Source of the DNA: an uncultured Methylomirabilota bacterium
Lineage (GTDB): Bacteria; Methylomirabilota; Methylomirabilia; Methylomirabilales; 2-02-FULL-66-22
Direction: 5' to 3'
Length of the DNA: 64,000 nucleotides
Assembly (NCBI GenBank): GCA_963845565.1
Contig: CAWJSJ010000002.1
Coordinates: 288,001 to 352,000 of the forward strand
The translations under genes and the position numbers were made by a program. Shown in pieces: positions 18,549-28,735 of this stretch (position 1 is the first letter of the stretch; each line of letters begins with the position of its first letter). Below the pieces are notes generated by a model. That model was not told the origin of the DNA and made no database searches. It saw only the letters and a program-made list of their open reading frames with translations.

Positions 18549-19042
18549 GCCTGCCCCTCCTTCGTCTCCGCCTTGACCGGCGCCGGCGCCTGCAGGCTGG
18601 TCAACAGCTTCACGACGCCGTCGATGATCGCCTCGGGCCGCGGCGGGCAGCCGGGGATGTAGGCATTCACGGGGATGACCTCGTCGATGTGGCCGACGAC
18701 GCTATAGCACCCCTGGAACGCCCCGCCCGACGTGGCGCAGGACCCCACGGCCACGACGAACTTCGGGTCGGGCATCTGCTCGTAGATGCGCTTGAGGCGA
18801 TCTCGGGACTGCAGCGTCACGGGCCCGGTGCAGATCAAGACGTCGGCGTGTCGCGGGCTCCCCTGGAGCTTGATCCCGAACCGCTCCACGTCGTAGCGCG
18901 GCGTCAGCGTGGCCACGATCTCGATGTCGCAGCCGTTGCACGACCCGCTGTTGTAGTGGATCGCCCAGGGCGAGTTGACCCGCGCCCAGGTCTTGATCTT
19001 CTCGAGGGCCCCGCCCCAGAGACTGTCGGTTTGTACGCTCAT
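18545..19042 (-). CDS. NuoB-like hydrogenase small subunit
   Basis: SCNGCDIE, SPRHAD, GSCA, PGCPP. Confidence 0.93.
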   Translation of the reverse strand: MSVQTDSLWGGALEKIKTWARVNSPWAIHYNSGSCNGCDIEIVATLTPRYDVERFGIKLQGSPRHADVLICTGPVTLQSRDRLKRIYEQMPDPKFVVAVGSCATSGGAFQGCYSVVGHIDEVIPVNAYIPGCPPRPEAIIDGVVKLLTSLQAPAPVKAETKEGQA

Positions 19043-19057
19043 CGGTGTTCGCTCCCC

Positions 19058-19162
19058 CTTAGGAGCCGTTACGAAATAACCGAACCGCCTGTTTCTATTT
19101 CGTTACGGCTCCTTATGCCGTTCCCGGAATTCCTCCGGTCAACTCATTCTTTGACGACGGCT
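19058..19162. repeat. ~105-bp repeat, copy 2 (inverted relative to copy 1)
   Basis: Hand alignment with 14943-15046 shows about 13 differences, 6 of them in the 10-nt hairpin spacer. Confidence 0.92.
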
Positions 19163-19479
19163 CACCCCAGAATCAAGGCCACCAGGGCCAGGATCAGGCC
19201 CACGATGTAAGCCGCGGTGACCAGCGTCAGCCCGCTGCTGCCGGCAAGCAGCATCCCCAGGTGCAGCACGGCGAAGAACAGCGCCACCACGAAGAACTGC
19301 CGGTAGCCGGGAGCGGCCTGATACGTCTCGCCGACTTCGCCGCTGGCGTAGGCGCTGGACTTGGTGGCGTCCGCATGGCTGTGGGCCGGAACGGCCAGCA
19401 CACGCCCCGCCCCGGACAGCACCCCCACCAGAACCAGGTAGATGACGAACGCGATCGGCGGAAACAGCAGGACCTCCAT
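19162..19479 (-). CDS. NuoA-like membrane subunit
   Basis: Three hydrophobic segments with a KSSAYASGE loop. Confidence 0.8.
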   Translation of the reverse strand: MEVLLFPPIAFVIYLVLVGVLSGAGRVLAVPAHSHADATKSSAYASGEVGETYQAAPGYRQFFVVALFFAVLHLGMLLAGSSGLTLVTAAYIVGLILALVALILG

Positions 19480-19492
19480 CCTGGCTCCTTTC

Positions 19493-21001
19493 TCAGCCCC
19501 GCAGGGCCTTCATCAGGGCGGCGCCGGCCGGCTCGGTCAGCCAGTTCATCAGGCTGGGCCAGAGCCCCAGCACGACCACCGCCAGGGACAGGAGGACGAG
19601 CGGCAGCAGCATGCTGCCCGGCAGGGCCGCGCCGCGCTGCACCACCGCCGAGGGCTCCTTGCGGTAACAGGCGTTCACCAGGGGGGCGTAGTACGCCAGC
19701 GACAGGACGCTGTTCAGCGCGGCGAAGATCACCAGGCCCGCGATCAGCATGTTGTGCGTGGCGAACCCGGCCACGAAGATCTGCCACTTGGACATGAAAC
19801 CGGCCAGCGGGGGCAGGCCCCCCAGGGCCAGCAGGGCGAGGCTCAACGCCAGGGCCGCCAGCGGGTAGCGCGAGGCCGCGCCGTCCAGATCGCGAATGGT
19901 CAGGGCGGCGTGGCTGCCGGCGGCCAGGTGCAGCGAATACAGCAGGGCGCCCGCGGCCAGGAAGGCCAGCCCCTTCATCAGGCCGTGGTTGAACAGGTGG
20001 AAGAACGCCCCCTGGGCGCCGGCCGCTTGGCCCACGTGCAGGCTGATTCCGAGCCCCAGGAGCATGTAGCCCACATGGCTCAGGCTGGAGAACGCCAGCA
20101 GCCGCTTGACCTGCTCCTGGCGCAGCGCCAGGAGGTTCCCGTACAGCATGTTGAGCGCGCCGAAGCCCATCAGCAGGATGCCCCAGGAGGGGGTCACCCC
20201 GGCCAGCGGCATCAGGGAGCGGAGCAGGGCGACCAGGCCCGCCTCGATCACCACCCCGGACAGCATGGCGCTGATCCCGCTGGGGGCCTGGGAGTGGGCG
20301 TCGGGCAGCCAGGTGTGCATGGGTACCATGGCGATCTTCACGCCGAAGCCGATCACGAACAGCGCCCCGGCCGCCAGCATCGCCGGCGAGCCGACCTGCG
20401 TGGCCATCCGGATCTTGTCCAGGTTGAGCGTGCCGGTCTGGGCCAGGACCAGGGCGATCCCCAGCAGGACCAGGACCGATCCCAGCGCGCTCTGGACCAG
20501 ATACTTCATGCCCGCTTCCAGCGAGGCGGCCTGCTCGCGGTAAAATGCCACCAGCAGGTACGACGACACCGCCATGGCCTCGAACCAGACCCACAGATTG
20601 AAGAGGTCGCCCGCGCACCCCAGCCCGATCATCACGCCCATCATGGCCAGGAGCATGGCGTAATATTTTTCTTCTCCCACCTCGCCGGCCATGTACGCCC
20701 CCGAGTGGAGCGCCACCGCCGTGCCGACGGCCAGCACGGTGGCCGCCAGGACCAGGCTGATCCCGTCCATCTGCAGCAGGATGGCTTCGACGCTGAACGT
20801 GCTGCGGCCCCGCGCCCCGACCTCTTGCGCGGCCAGCCCGAAGGGGATCCAGGTGGCGAGCAAGACCAGGAACGTGAGCCAGCGGACCACCGCCGGCGCG
20901 CGGCCGTCGGGATCCCGGTTCGCCCCCACGCGCCCGATGATGTAGACGAGCGGCGAGGCGGCAAGCGGCAGCGTCACCAGCCAGAAGAAGGCAGTGTTCA
21001 T
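19493..21001 (-). CDS. Antiporter-like subunit (NuoM/N or MrpD type)
   Basis: WVWFE, KIAMVPMHTWLPDAH, KRLLAFSS, HGLMK, GFMSKW. Confidence 0.9.
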   Translation of the reverse strand: MNTAFFWLVTLPLAASPLVYIIGRVGANRDPDGRAPAVVRWLTFLVLLATWIPFGLAAQEVGARGRSTFSVEAILLQMDGISLVLAATVLAVGTAVALHSGAYMAGEVGEEKYYAMLLAMMGVMIGLGCAGDLFNLWVWFEAMAVSSYLLVAFYREQAASLEAGMKYLVQSALGSVLVLLGIALVLAQTGTLNLDKIRMATQVGSPAMLAAGALFVIGFGVKIAMVPMHTWLPDAHSQAPSGISAMLSGVVIEAGLVALLRSLMPLAGVTPSWGILLMGFGALNMLYGNLLALRQEQVKRLLAFSSLSHVGYMLLGLGISLHVGQAAGAQGAFFHLFNHGLMKGLAFLAAGALLYSLHLAAGSHAALTIRDLDGAASRYPLAALALSLALLALGGLPPLAGFMSKWQIFVAGFATHNMLIAGLVIFAALNSVLSLAYYAPLVNACYRKEPSAVVQRGAALPGSMLLPLVLLSLAVVVLGLWPSLMNWLTEPAGAALMKALRG

Positions 21002-21002
21002 C

Positions 21003-22754
21003 TCATGCGCCCCATGTCAGAAGGATCAGGACGGCCACCAACCCCCCGATGATCCCCACCAGGTTCCAGCTCAGGTGGCCGGGTTGGGTGACGCGCAACG
21101 CGTTGGCGGTGGCCTGCGTCGCGGCCACCACCTGCTCATTGATCCGCTCGAACCCGAAGCTCTTCGAGGCCGCCACGCCCAGCCACCCGAATCCGTCCGT
21201 GAGGAAGGTCAGGCGATCCCGCCCCACCCAGGCCAGGAGCCCCAGACCGACCACGCCGATGGCGAGCCAGGTGAACGGCGCGGCCAGGATCTCGTGCGTC
21301 AGCTCGCCCAGGCTGAGGGCGTGCAGCTTGTGGTGCGGCATGGTGGATTCCAGCAGATGGAAGAACGGTCCGGCGGCCAGCCAGCTCGTCAGCGTTCCGA
21401 TCGCCAGAAGGCCCAGGGAGACGCGCATCGCCGGCGTGGCGTCGTGGCCGTGCAGGTGGCTGCGCGCTTCACCGAAGAAGACCATCCAGACCATCCGGAA
21501 CGTGTAGCAGGCGGTGAGCCCCGCGCCGATCAGCATCGCGACCAGGGCCCAGGTCGGCCCGCCGGTGAGTCCCGCCTCCAGCACCAGCTCCTTGCTCCAG
21601 AAGCCGTTGAAGACCGGCGGGATGCCCGCCAGCGAAAGCGCCCCGAGGACGAAGACGGTGCAGGCGATGGGCATCTGCTTGGCCAGCCCGCCCATCTTCC
21701 ACATGTCGCGGGTCCCCACGGCGTGGATCACGGCGCCCGCGGCCAGGAAGAGCAGCGCCTTGAAGATGGAGTGGCTGAACAGGTGGAAGGAGCAGGCGGC
21801 AATCCCGCCCACGCCGATCGCATAGACCATGTACCCGAGCTGGCTCACCGTCGAGTAGGCCAGCGCCCGCTTGAGATCGGGCGCGAACAGCGCCATGCAG
21901 GCCGTGAGGAGCGCCGAGATCACACCGACGGCCACCACCGCCGTCTTCCAGCCGGGGACCGGGGCGAACGCCGGGTAAAAACGGGCCAGGAGGTAGACAC
22001 CCGCGTTCACCATGGTGGCCGCATGGATCAAGGCCGAGATCGGCGACGGGGCCTCCATGGCATCGGGCAGCCAGGTCTGGAACGGGAACTGGGCCGACTT
22101 GGCCGCCGCGGCGATCAGGAATCCGAAGGCCATCCAGGCGAGCGGGGTCGGCCCCAGCGTGGCGGCGTTCTGCAGGAAGGCGTCGATCTCGTAGCTCCCG
22201 AACAGGGCGTAGACCACCAGGGCGCCGCCCAGGAGCCCCACGCCGCCGATCTGCGTCATCACCAGGGCCTCGATGCCGGCCGAGACCGCCTTGGGATCGT
22301 CGTTGTAGTAGGAGATCAGCGCGTACGAGCAGAGCGCCGTGATCTCCCAGAAGAAGAACAGGAACAGCATGCTGTTGGTGAGGACCAGCCCCACCATGGC
22401 CCCGATGAAGAGCAGGACCAGGGAGTAGTACCGGCCGAGCTGGGGGTCGCCGTGCATGTAGGAGACCGAGAAGATGACCGCCAAGCTGCCGACGACCGTG
22501 GCGACCGCGGCCAGGAACACCCCCAGCCCGTCCGCCACGAAGGTCATGTCGCCGAACAGGCCGCCGAGGGGCAGCCGGAGCGCGACGCCGCTCCCCGCGT
22601 AGGGAATCAGCGCCAGGGACGCCAGGCCGGCGGCCACGCTGAAGCCGACCGCCAGGACGTGCTGGGTGCGCTCCTGCTCGTTCCGCGTGAGCCAGGTGGC
22701 GACGGCTCCCAGCCAGGGCAAACCGATGCTGAGGAGAATCAGCGACTGTGCCAT
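21003..22754 (-). CDS. Antiporter-like subunit (NuoL or MrpA type)
   Basis: FFWE, KSAQFPFQTWLPDAMEAP, ALIHAATMV, GFWSKE. Confidence 0.92.
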   Translation of the reverse strand: MAQSLILLSIGLPWLGAVATWLTRNEQERTQHVLAVGFSVAAGLASLALIPYAGSGVALRLPLGGLFGDMTFVADGLGVFLAAVATVVGSLAVIFSVSYMHGDPQLGRYYSLVLLFIGAMVGLVLTNSMLFLFFFWEITALCSYALISYYNDDPKAVSAGIEALVMTQIGGVGLLGGALVVYALFGSYEIDAFLQNAATLGPTPLAWMAFGFLIAAAAKSAQFPFQTWLPDAMEAPSPISALIHAATMVNAGVYLLARFYPAFAPVPGWKTAVVAVGVISALLTACMALFAPDLKRALAYSTVSQLGYMVYAIGVGGIAACSFHLFSHSIFKALLFLAAGAVIHAVGTRDMWKMGGLAKQMPIACTVFVLGALSLAGIPPVFNGFWSKELVLEAGLTGGPTWALVAMLIGAGLTACYTFRMVWMVFFGEARSHLHGHDATPAMRVSLGLLAIGTLTSWLAAGPFFHLLESTMPHHKLHALSLGELTHEILAAPFTWLAIGVVGLGLLAWVGRDRLTFLTDGFGWLGVAASKSFGFERINEQVVAATQATANALRVTQPGHLSWNLVGIIGGLVAVLILLTWGA

Positions 22755-22757
22755 GCG

Positions 22758-23063
22758 CTATCCTCGAAGTGTGGAGATTGCCGAGACGTCAACCGAGCCG
22801 ACCCGCCGCCGGACCTGGACCGCCAGGGCCAGACCCACCACGGCAACCATGGTGTCGGCGACGATCACGGTGGCCGCCAGGCTCTGGCCCAGGCCCGCCT
22901 GGCCGCCGGCCTGACCTGCCAGGACCAAGGCCAGGACGACCGCCTTGACGAGAATCTGGAGGACGATGACGACCTTGATCAGGTTCCGCGTGATCAGCAG
23001 CCCGTAGCAGCCGACGCCGAGCAGGCCGATCACCCCGAGCAAACCAATCTGGAGCGGCGTCAT
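22758..23063 (-). CDS. NuoK/MrpC-like subunit
   Basis: 101 aa, three hydrophobic segments, RNLIKV, ends LRG. Confidence 0.85.
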   Translation of the reverse strand: MTPLQIGLLGVIGLLGVGCYGLLITRNLIKVVIVLQILVKAVVLALVLAGQAGGQAGLGQSLAATVIVADTMVAVVGLALAVQVRRRVGSVDVSAISTLRG

Positions 23064-23680
23064 ACGTGCACCTCTTCCTTGTTCGCAGAGCCGTGCGCGC
23101 CCCGCGGATCGAGAGGCGCACACCCGCAGGCGGTCGGCGGAATCACCTTGACGGTCCGGTGGCCATTCCCCGCGGCCTCGTGAGCCTTCGCGCGGGCGGT
23201 CTTCCCCTCGGCGAGCAGGCCCAGGATACCCAGGACGCCGGCGAAGATCAGGACCATCTGGATCCAGACATCCAGGACGCGCTGCTCCCACAGCGCCCGG
23301 ATGAGCGGAGGCACGCGGCCCGTCAACGCCTTGCTGGGCAGAGAATAGGCCATGTACCCGAGCATCACGGCGGTGAGCAGGGCCAGCCCGACAGCCACGG
23401 GCCGGGGGATGACGGGCCCCGGATCGGAGGCGTCGTCCCCGACCACGCTGATGGCGTAGACCAAGAGAACGGTCACCAGTCCCGCGCCGACGCTGAGCTC
23501 GATAACCGCGACCTGATAGGCCCCCAGCAGGTACAGCATCATCGCCACTGCCGCGCTGACACACGCCAGGTAGATCGTCGAGGACAAGATCCTGGGCGAG
23601 GTCATGGCGCGGTAGGCACAGATAAGTGCGCCGACAACGAGGATTGAGTAGATTGCGCTATCACCCATGAGCGTATTCAT
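23060..23680 (-). CDS. NuoJ/MnhB-like membrane subunit
   Basis: AVIELSVGAGL, LWEQRVLD; first gene of the operon. Confidence 0.75.
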   Translation of the reverse strand: MNTLMGDSAIYSILVVGALICAYRAMTSPRILSSTIYLACVSAAVAMMLYLLGAYQVAVIELSVGAGLVTVLLVYAISVVGDDASDPGPVIPRPVAVGLALLTAVMLGYMAYSLPSKALTGRVPPLIRALWEQRVLDVWIQMVLIFAGVLGILGLLAEGKTARAKAHEAAGNGHRTVKVIPPTACGCAPLDPRGAHGSANKEEVHV

Positions 23681-23903
23681 CCTCCCTGGCGTCCATGAAG
23701 GGCAGCCATCCCAGGAGTAAGCCGAACGGTCTCTTTGTCTTGGTCAAGCCGACGAACCGAGGGGCCCACGACGAGGACGTGTCACGCGATATTAATGGTC
23801 AGCTGGTCAGACCGGTCCCCTCTCACTTTGGGGGAATTGCAAATGCGGGACCACGAACACAGAGGCATCCAACATCCTTCCGATAAAGGGGTTTGTTCGT
23901 GCG

Positions 23904-23921
23904 GGGTGAATCCATTCACAA
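23904..23921. promoter_or_regulatory. Rex-like operator upstream of the hydrogenase operon
   Basis: Minus strand TTGTGAATGGATTCACCC against the consensus TTGTGAA-N4-TTCACAA (2 mismatches). Confidence 0.45.
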
Positions 23922-24007
23922 TGTTTTGCCTTCCACAAGGGACACCTTGTCTCACCTATAACCGTATTCGCTCACTTCGATGGCATATCCGATCTGTTCA
24001 CTCCAAA

Positions 24008-25168
24008 TTATTCGCGGATCACAGCATCGGGATCGCCGGACGCGGGGCGGTAGGCAGCAAGGAGTGTCCCGGACGCCGGGAGCATGATGGTGGACGCGGC
24101 GATGGCCGCGAGGAGGGGGATGTCCAGGCTCGGCACGAGATGAAGATTTGGAGCAAGCACGGCCCACCCTCGCAACACGGGGGAAAATAACACCGCGCCT
24201 CCCGGATAGACGTGGACGTAGGCGGCGAACATCCCGACGAGTACCGCAACGATCGACACCGCCAGCGACTCCCAGGTCTTCGCGGCCAACACGTCCATCT
24301 TGCTCCACCCGAGAGCCCGCAGCGTCCCGATCTCCTTCTGCTCCTCGACGCCCAGCGCGGAGGGTTTGTCGGCCGCCAGGATCACGAGGGCCAGCGCCAT
24401 CGCCAGGACGACGACTCCGGGGAGGCCGCCGCGCCAGTCAAGGAACGAGGCGGCCGTCTCCAGCATCTCTTGCCGGGTGACGACGCGAGCCCCGGGCAGC
24501 GCGCGCAGCGCCTGCTGTCGCACGCTGGTCGGATCGGCGCCGGGCGCCAGGTACACCGCGATGTCGTTCACGACGTTCGCCGGCAAGGCGAATAGGGTGC
24601 GAAAGTCGCGCTCGGAGACGACCACGAGATCCCCGGAAATCATCTCCGACCGCTCCGGCAAGACGGCTTTGACGGTCAACAGGACCGCCGTGCCGCCGTA
24701 GGAGCGGAACGCCAGCACATCCCTGCTGTACCCTTCCCGGCTGCGCGAGACGCCGGCACCGATGGCCGTCTCGCCGTCGGCCGGAGGCGCGACCTGCGGC
24801 ACGACGACGGTGTAGTTGGCCCCTCCGGAGGAATCGTAGTAGTAGCCCCAGAGGCGACCCTGCGCACGGTCCACGCCGGGGATGGACCGCAGGGCGGTAA
24901 CCGCGCTCTGCGGAATCAGCTCCTGCCGGCCCGCCACGAGGCGCTGCACGACGAGATCCGGCGAGTCGCGCAGCAAGGCCGACACCTCGAAGCGCACGGA
25001 CGACCGGAGAAACGCGAGCGACGCCAGCAGGAAGACGATCAGCGTCAACACGGCGCCCAGTACGGCCGTCTTGCCGCGGTGGCGGAGCAGGGATGCCAGC
25101 GCGAATTCGAGCAACGCGCCCTGCCGCCGGAGCCATCCCACCGATATGAGCAAGCCCTTTTCAGACAT
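24008..25168 (-). CDS. FtsX/MacB-type ABC permease
   Basis: N-terminal TM segment, large soluble loop, KEIGTLRALGW. Confidence 0.85.
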   Translation of the reverse strand: MSEKGLLISVGWLRRQGALLEFALASLLRHRGKTAVLGAVLTLIVFLLASLAFLRSSVRFEVSALLRDSPDLVVQRLVAGRQELIPQSAVTALRSIPGVDRAQGRLWGYYYDSSGGANYTVVVPQVAPPADGETAIGAGVSRSREGYSRDVLAFRSYGGTAVLLTVKAVLPERSEMISGDLVVVSERDFRTLFALPANVVNDIAVYLAPGADPTSVRQQALRALPGARVVTRQEMLETAASFLDWRGGLPGVVVLAMALALVILAADKPSALGVEEQKEIGTLRALGWSKMDVLAAKTWESLAVSIVAVLVGMFAAYVHVYPGGAVLFSPVLRGWAVLAPNLHLVPSLDIPLLAAIAASTIMLPASGTLLAAYRPASGDPDAVIRE

Positions 25169-25215
25169 TTTCGAGCCCGAATATTGGTTCGTGCGCGCTC
25201 AGCGCAAGAACCAGG

Positions 25216-25788
25216 TCACAGCAGCCCCGAGAGAACTCGCCGCAGTCCGTCGCGGTCGATTTCACCCAACACCTTGACCGCCACCGAGCCCGTCCGGTCC
25301 AGGACAAACGTCGTGGGCAGGCCGACGACACCGTAAAGTCTCGAGGTTGCCGACTCGGGGTCGAGCAGGATCGGGTAGGTCACCTTCCGGTGGCCCAGGG
25401 AATCCGTCACCACGGCCGGTGTCTCGCCCACGTTGACCGAGACCGGGGCAAAGCCGCGCTCGCGGTACTCCCCGAACAGCGACTCCAGCGCGTCGATCTC
25501 CCGGAGGCACGGGGGGCACCAGCTCGCCCAGAAATGGACGACGACCACCCTACCGCGAAAGGCATCGGGGAGGGTGACCTGCGGTCCACTCAGGGCCCTG
25601 AGGGTAACGGGCTTCGGCCGATCCCCGGGCTTCAACGCAGGTTCGGCGATCGCGCGGAGCCCGAGCGTCGCAACCGCTGCCGCGAGTGCGCCTCGGAGGA
25701 CATGGCGTCGGGTGGGCGGTGTCGGCCCCGTGCAGCCAGGCGATGGCCAGGTTGCGTGTGGCGACTGGAGGCGCTGCCGGATGTTCAC
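25216..25788 (-). CDS. TlpA-family thiol-disulfide oxidoreductase
   Basis: FWASWCPPC, GLPTTF; Tat-like TRRHVL; start codon uncertain. Confidence 0.85.
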   Translation of the reverse strand: MNIRQRLQSPHATWPSPGCTGPTPPTRRHVLRGALAAAVATLGLRAIAEPALKPGDRPKPVTLRALSGPQVTLPDAFRGRVVVVHFWASWCPPCLREIDALESLFGEYRERGFAPVSVNVGETPAVVTDSLGHRKVTYPILLDPESATSRLYGVVGLPTTFVLDRTGSVAVKVLGEIDRDGLRRVLSGLL

Positions 25789-25805
25789 CTGGATCCTCGA
25801 TTGGC

Positions 25806-26809
25806 TCAATACCCGTCCAGCGTGAAGGGGGTGGCCACCATGACGTAGGTTGAGATCGCCGCGAAGAGACCGAAGCACGCCATCGCGACGAGCGCCAAGC
25901 GCCTGGTGAGCGACGGCAAGACCGACGCCAAGCTCGGCGTCTGCCGCTGGTGATACAGCAGGCCGAGGCCGAGGCCGGCGATGACACCGATGAACAACAG
26001 GGCGTACATGGGATATCCGACGAAATGGTACTCCCGCTGGAGGATGCAGAACGGACAGTGATGCGTCGGCAGTTCGTAGATATAGAGCGAGATGAAGGAG
26101 ATGATGGCGGCGATCGAGACGACGAAAGCCAGGACGCTGAGCCCCGAGACGACGTACCCGCCCACGGCGCGACGCCTGAACCAACTGCCCGCCAGCGACG
26201 AGGGCGGCGATCGTCGGCGTAGAAGGCGATCCGCGTCGGGCTGCTGGGCAGCGCCGCCAGCTCCGATGCGACGCCGGAGGACGCGGAACTGAAGAGGCTG
26301 CCGCAGCACGAGGTGATCACGTCGGCCTTGAGGCCGCCGAAATACGCCGCCTGGGCCGCCGTCTCGATCAGGACGATCGGGGCGAGGACGAGGAGGAAGC
26401 CGTACTTCAGGCGGATGAGCGGGTAGTCCCGCCCGCGGTTGTCCGCGTAATTCACGATCAGCCACGCGCCCGCCAGGATGGCGCCCACGACCTTCAGCAG
26501 CAGCGTCGGGTATCCGTACGGATTCGCGTAGAGCGTGCCGGCCGCGCACATCGCCCCCACGAACAGCGGGGCAAGATCGTCGGCCGTGTATACGAAGAGG
26601 AACAGCGAGACCACTTGAAAGGCGCAGGCGTAGCTCATCGCCGTCGAGACCAGGTACGTGCGGCGCTCCAGCGCGAGCTGCGCCTCGCTGCCGCTGGACA
26701 GGTCCCAGACGCGCAGGATCCGGACCGCGGTCCCCGACGCGAGGAGCAGCAGAAAGCTGGCGAGCAGCGCGCCCACCAGCAGGGCGATGATCGGCGGATG
26801 CAGGATCAC
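25806..26809 (-). CDS. Cys/His-motif polytopic membrane protein, frameshifted near 26210
   Basis: GAMCAAG and TSCCG in one frame; HHCPFC and the final TM segments in another. Confidence 0.75.
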
Positions 26810-27492
26810 GACTGCTCCCCCGCGTCCAGCACGCGTCCATCCCGCATGCGGACGATCCGCTCGATCAGATCCGATTCGTACACCAGGGGGTCGTGGCTCG
26901 CGAAGATGAGCGTGCGGCCCTCATCCCGGAGGCCCCGCATGATCTCCATGAAATCCTTCGACAGAACGGTGTCCAGGTGCGCCGTCGGCTCGTCGGCCAC
27001 GACCACCGAGGGATTGTTGATCAACGCGCGGGCGATCGCCACCCGCTGCGCCTCGCCGCCCGACAGCCACTCCACCCGGACGTCGGCTTTGGAGGCGAGC
27101 CCCAGCCGGCCGAGGAGACGCGCCGCTTCGCGGCGGATCCGCGCCAGCGGCACCCCGGTCGGATACGCCGGCAGCATCACATTCTCCCGCGCCGAGAGGC
27201 CGCGGATCAGGTTGAACTGCTGGAAGATGAAGCCGAAGGCGCGCCGCCGGATCTCGGTGAGAAAGCGCTCGGGCAGGCTGGAGATCGTCTCGCCGTCGAC
27301 CGTGATGCGGCCGGAGGTCGGCCGGGCCATGCAGGCGATCAGGCTCAACAGCGTCGTCTTGCCCGACCCGCTCGGCCCGGTGATCGCCACGGCCCCGCGG
27401 CCGTCGAGCGTCAGGCTGACGTCCCGTACGGCGGCGAACTCGTTCGGGTGGCCGGCGTTAAAAATCTTGGTCACGTCGCGAAGTTCGATCAC
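26806..27492 (-). CDS. ABC ATP-binding protein (LolD-like)
   Basis: GPSGSGKT, LSGGE, ADEPT. Confidence 0.95.
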   Translation of the reverse strand: MIELRDVTKIFNAGHPNEFAAVRDVSLTLDGRGAVAITGPSGSGKTTLLSLIACMARPTSGRITVDGETISSLPERFLTEIRRRAFGFIFQQFNLIRGLSARENVMLPAYPTGVPLARIRREAARLLGRLGLASKADVRVEWLSGGEAQRVAIARALINNPSVVVADEPTAHLDTVLSKDFMEIMRGLRDEGRTLIFASHDPLVYESDLIERIVRMRDGRVLDAGEQS

Positions 27493-28629
27493 CTAGCCCC
27501 TCATGACCAGATCGGGATCCGTCGTCCCCGCGCGCCACGCCGGCACGACGGTGGCAACGAGGTAGGGAAACACGGTCAGGAAGAACAGGGTCGCCACCTG
27601 GTAGGCGCCGAGGGCGAGCGCCGGCCGGAAGGCCGGGTACAGCGTCGACCAGCCGAGCAGCACCGGCAGCACGGCGGGCGGGCGGGGCAATACCAGAACC
27701 GCGATGGCGAGGCCCGCCCCCAGGACGAACGCCGCCAGCGAGACCGCAGCCGCCTCGTAGCATTTCAGCAGGATCACATCCGCGGTCTCCCATCCGACGG
27801 CCTTCAGAATCCCGATCTCGCGCCGCTCGTCGGGGCTCAGGCCCGCCGCCTTGTCCCAGGCGAAGAGGATGAAGGCCAGGACGGGTACCAGCAGGGCGGC
27901 GACGATGACGCCCGATCGCCAATTGAACAGGGCGGTGTAGGTGCGGACCAGATCGTCTCGGATGATCGGGCGGGCGGCCGGGTGGCTCTCGCCGATCTTG
28001 GCGGCGATGGTCGGCAACTCTCGCCGGTTGCGCACGCGCAGCGCCAGGTCCATGGCCTGGCCGTCTGGCATCCCGCTGAGCACGCGAAAAGCGGGCTCGG
28101 CGACGGTGATCAGGGCCGCGGACTCCAGCTGGGTCGAAGTCGCGGCCACGCCGGTGATGGTAAGTGCGACCGGCTCGCCCGCGGCGGCGCGCAACGAAAG
28201 CGTCCCGCCGACCGCGAGGCCGCGGCGGCGCAGAACCTCCGCGCCGGCCGTAGCCTCGTGTTCACGCAGACGGCCGCCCTCGGCTACCCGGAGCAGCAGC
28301 GTCTCGCCGGTGGCCGGATCGGTGAGATAGGCCCAGCGGCGCGGCACGACTGCCCCCACTCCGGCGATCTGCGTCAGGGCCCCGGCGTCGGTGACGGGCG
28401 AGAGCCCGTGCCGGCCGGCGCTCAAACGCTGCACCATGATCTCCGGGGACGACTGGAGCGAGGCCACCGACTCCTGCGTCAGCGACTGGGTGAGAAAGAC
28501 GACCGAGGCCAGCGTGAAGATCACCAGTCCATAGACGCCCACCACGGCCGCGTTCTTTCGCCAGCGGCGGCGCAGGGAACCGATCGTATATCGGGCGACG
28601 CGCAGTTGTCGGTTCAGTCCGTGGCTCAT
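27493..28629 (-). CDS. FtsX/MacB-type ABC permease, paralog of 24008-25168
   Basis: REIGILKAVGW; same architecture. Confidence 0.85.
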   Translation of the reverse strand: MSHGLNRQLRVARYTIGSLRRRWRKNAAVVGVYGLVIFTLASVVFLTQSLTQESVASLQSSPEIMVQRLSAGRHGLSPVTDAGALTQIAGVGAVVPRRWAYLTDPATGETLLLRVAEGGRLREHEATAGAEVLRRRGLAVGGTLSLRAAAGEPVALTITGVAATSTQLESAALITVAEPAFRVLSGMPDGQAMDLALRVRNRRELPTIAAKIGESHPAARPIIRDDLVRTYTALFNWRSGVIVAALLVPVLAFILFAWDKAAGLSPDERREIGILKAVGWETADVILLKCYEAAAVSLAAFVLGAGLAIAVLVLPRPPAVLPVLLGWSTLYPAFRPALALGAYQVATLFFLTVFPYLVATVVPAWRAGTTDPDLVMRG

Positions 28630-28669
28630 TGGTTGACCTGCGGCCTCACAGCCAACGGAAAATGTAAGG

Positions 28670-28731
28670 CCGACAACCGAGAACCGACCAACGGTTTCTC
28701 CGATGGTGCATTGTCAGTTGTCAGTTGTCGG
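28670..28731. repeat. Inverted heptamer arrays (hairpin)
   Basis: CCGACAA CCGAGAA CCGACCA ... TTGTCAG TTGTCAG TTGTCGG. Confidence 0.65.
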
Positions 28732-28735
28732 TTTT

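Noticed and set aside
15533..23680. Respiratory complex I (nuo) operon
   Set aside because: The large subunit keeps all four Ni-binding Cys and has a maturation protease; no NuoEFG
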